A DNA stretch of 61,908 nucleotides, counting the filler, from Choristocarpus tenellus KU-1152 (lineage: Eukaryota > Protista > Phaeophyceae), in NCBI GenBank assembly GCA_964200185.2. It is 10 parts of 10 records of this genome, joined end to end, with 100 filler letters (N's around TTAATTAATTAA, not from the genome) between each part and the next. Parts side by side here need not be neighbours in the genome. Positions count along the whole stretch, not along the records: positions 51,816 to 61,908 come from CAXNAD020003156.1; 9 more parts are not named here. One strand, given 5' to 3'. Shown in pieces: positions 59,455 through 61,908 of this stretch. Each line of letters begins with the position of its first letter. Within the stretch, counting starts at the first letter, position 1. A program made the translations under genes and the position numbers. The notes beneath the pieces are model-generated. The model did no database searches and was not told where the DNA came from. It was given only the letters and a program-made list of their open reading frames with translations.

Positions 59455-60916
59455 TATCTTGCAACTGCAAATGATACCGCTCAACAACCACGCACAGCCA
59501 CAGGAGAGTCGGAATCACTGAGGCGATTCTATGGACGATCAGTAGTAGAGGATTGGTCCAAGGTGGCAACCCTCAGTTCTTGTGGTGCAGTCCCCAATGT
59601 CGGATACCATCCATGGACATAGGGTGCACTTCGTATGCAGTGCTGCCTTTCAATATTCATACATTTAAGCTACACGATGAAACGAGGGATGGGCGATGCT
59701 AGCTCAGGAGGACAGGTAGAACCGTGATTTTGGCTCTGTCTCCTACAAGCACTGTAGTTCCTCGTTCAAGCAACAGCATAAACAAGAAGGATAAACGAGG
59801 GTCCTCTTCTTACCCATTTCTGGATATTCTGAAACGAACGTTTTAGTTGAATTTGAATACGACAGTGGCTGATCCCTGCCCACACCCCATATTTACAAAA
59901 CTGCCTCAACCCTACCGATGTACATCAAGACCTGAACATCAGAGCGTCAATTCTATCATAGATCAGAAGGGTCTTTCTTCTCGGTTTGATCGATTGTCCT
60001 TCCTGGGTCTTCGTTGACGCAAAAAGAATCAAGGTGAGTGTTGTGGAAGCCGTGGACGGCCATGGTATAAGCAGAAAACGTCTTGGATCATTAGTAAGTC
60101 TTTGTGCAGTATGTCTTATGCTACGGGATCGTATGTGATTGCTGTTTTGACTCTAAATGTGATCATCAGAGTTGGATTTGGAGTCACAGGCATGACTGGC
60201 ATAAGCCCTGGCTTACCAGTCGATGAGTTCCAATTCGTAACAGTAGTTCGCATGTGGCTGAGATCAGAATGCAACCATCATAGCAGAGAAGGTGTCGGCG
60301 ACACTGGAAGAGAGTATCAAGCTGTGGGGATTGCCTTGCCTTTTGCGTAATTTCCGTACCCTTTTTCCCATCCAATCAATACTGTCAAGTGAAGAACCAC
60401 CACGAGAATGAAGTCATTGGAGCACAAAGTACTCCGTGGCATCATCAATAGTGTTCCTTCCTATCTTCATAGCTTTGCAGCAGGGAACGCCTCATCGCAG
60501 AAGCCCGTTGTCTGGATAGGTACCCCACTTTGGTGGGGTTCTAGCAACCATGACGTACGGTGAAATACAAAACACATACTCACAACTCTCCACCTCCCAT
60601 CGCCATCTCTTACGTCCTTAACCAAGCGTTTGTCAAAGCAATGTGGGAGGATACATCCTTGTTGAGAGCGGAGAGCCAAGCCACCAAGAAACTGAAGGGG
60701 AATATGGATGTTCCCAAAGTGCTACCATTGCGGTGTACACAGAGGTTGAGGCCGTGTCGGACGAATGTGGCACATGGTGCCACAATCCTTATGAGCCCCT
60801 CCCTCACGTCTATGCTGGTTGTGTTCAATGCAGATGTCACCTCCCTTAACCACGTGGGTTGTGAATTTATTGCGCTTTCGTGAAACAGGTCAGGAAAAGT
60901 TCAATTGTAGGGATTG

Positions 60917-61908
60917 ATTGTTGATGCGACTCATGACATTCATGGACTGGGAGAACTCAGGCGCAACCTTCCTTACACCTTCGCTTATTTCATCTTCCCT
61001 TGTCTCCCCGTCGCATATCCATTTTGTCTATGTATTCTCTGTGTCCGTTGCCTGTCCTACTCCCTCTCCTCTCCCTCTGTGCCCTCTTGCCCATCTCTTC
61101 CGCTTGGAGACATAGTCATACCAGACCCTCGCCCCCTGGAGTGATGGCATCACCATGTCCCTACCTAACTCTGGAATTGCCTTCCTTGATGTGCATGTGC
61201 ATAGAGAGGGATTTCATTTGGGTTCTCTATCTGGTTGACTGCTGGGGCTTCAAGGACTGAGGTAATAGGAAATCCAGCATCTGTGGAGACCAGGCAACGA
61301 GGGTGTTGAACTTGGGGGAGATCTGAACTCGAGTCTACTCTTGGTTAGGCAACAACTTTGCAATAACTTGTGACAATTTCTCCTGACCTCTCTCACCTAT
61401 CAAGGACGCCTTGAATACAACATGATCTTTGTACCTGCCAAAAGCAGAAGGTTTTTGTAAAGCTCATTTCCTCATCAAAAGTAGACTGGAGTTCCCGCGT
61501 CTCTGCAATGTTCAGGTCAGCACCCTTGTCGCCTGATGCCCAGAGCTCCTTGAATTACCTTCTTTACCTTAGCCCTTTATTATGCCCCATCAGTGGACTG
61601 GATAGAAATCCCAAATGGGATTCCCTCTCCATCCACAAGGGCATCCAGTATGGCATCTCTGGCGTTGGTCAGAGACCATGCCGAGTCAGTCCAGGGGGCG
61701 AGGGCCTGGTATGTCTCAGAGGGGAAGAGAGAGGCAATGGGGAACAAGGGAGAGCAAGGTAGGCAGCGGACACAAGAAAACATAGATAAATTGAGAAGGG
61801 TGTGATGGAGAGGCAAGGGAGTGAAAATCAAAGAAGTGAACGAGTGAGGAGGGTTGTACCTAGCCTCCTCCAATTCACAAAGGTTGCAAATCGCACCGGT
61901 ACTCCCCC
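60917..61908. repeat. Diverged inverted duplication, arms ~60917-61370 and ~61450-61908
   Basis: The + arm blocks tgtgtccgttgcct, cataccagaccctcgccccctgga and gagtctactcttg match the reverse-complement arm blocks tgtgtccgctgcct, cataccaggccctcgccccctgga and cagtctacttttg in the same order. Confidence 0.8.

Noticed and set aside
1-61908. Fanzor/TnpB, giant-virus hallmark genes, tRNA, rRNA or CRISPR
   Set aside because: I recognised no RuvC motifs, NCLDV hallmark motifs, cloverleaf, rRNA segment or repeat-spacer array by eye. Profile and covariance searches would be needed to exclude divergent cases.

Overview
Eukaryotic, intron-rich DNA, most consistent with a brown alga or close photosynthetic stramenopile. 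That assignment is inferred from an ASAFAP-type bipartite plastid presequence on nitrite reductase, an Ectocarpus-type Pmp/adhesin-like gene, a flagellar SPAG17-like gene and TTAGGG repeats. The window is an artificial concatenation of 10 short contigs joined by nine identical 100-nt spacers (44N-TTAATTAATTAA-44N), so gene order across spacers has no biological meaning. Genes I reconstructed by hand from splice sites and reading phase: TVP23 (complete); an ankyrin-repeat protein; a SPAG17/PF6-like protein with EF-hand-like and ASH/PapD-like segments; a Pmp-repeat adhesin-like protein; a CocE/NonD hydrolase with a GC-AG intron and a ~340-aa insertion; a Cys-rich, possibly GPI-anchored protein; a plastid-targeted NAD(P)H nitrite reductase (nirB, 5' part); a protein with a duplicated helical N-terminal module; and a divergently transcribed membrane-anchored protein. 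Mobile DNA includes a TIR-to-TIR but decayed plant-type mariner with Stowaway-like TIRs, a 259-bp MITE family (3 copies) whose relatives sit at 8 of the 18 contig ends, a Ty3/Gypsy remnant and other decayed repeats. I found no rRNA, tRNA or CRISPR. I see no convincing novel multi-gene system. The best leads are the MITE superfamily, the mariner and the intron-containing CocE/NonD gene. All family calls rest on motif recognition; no database search was run.
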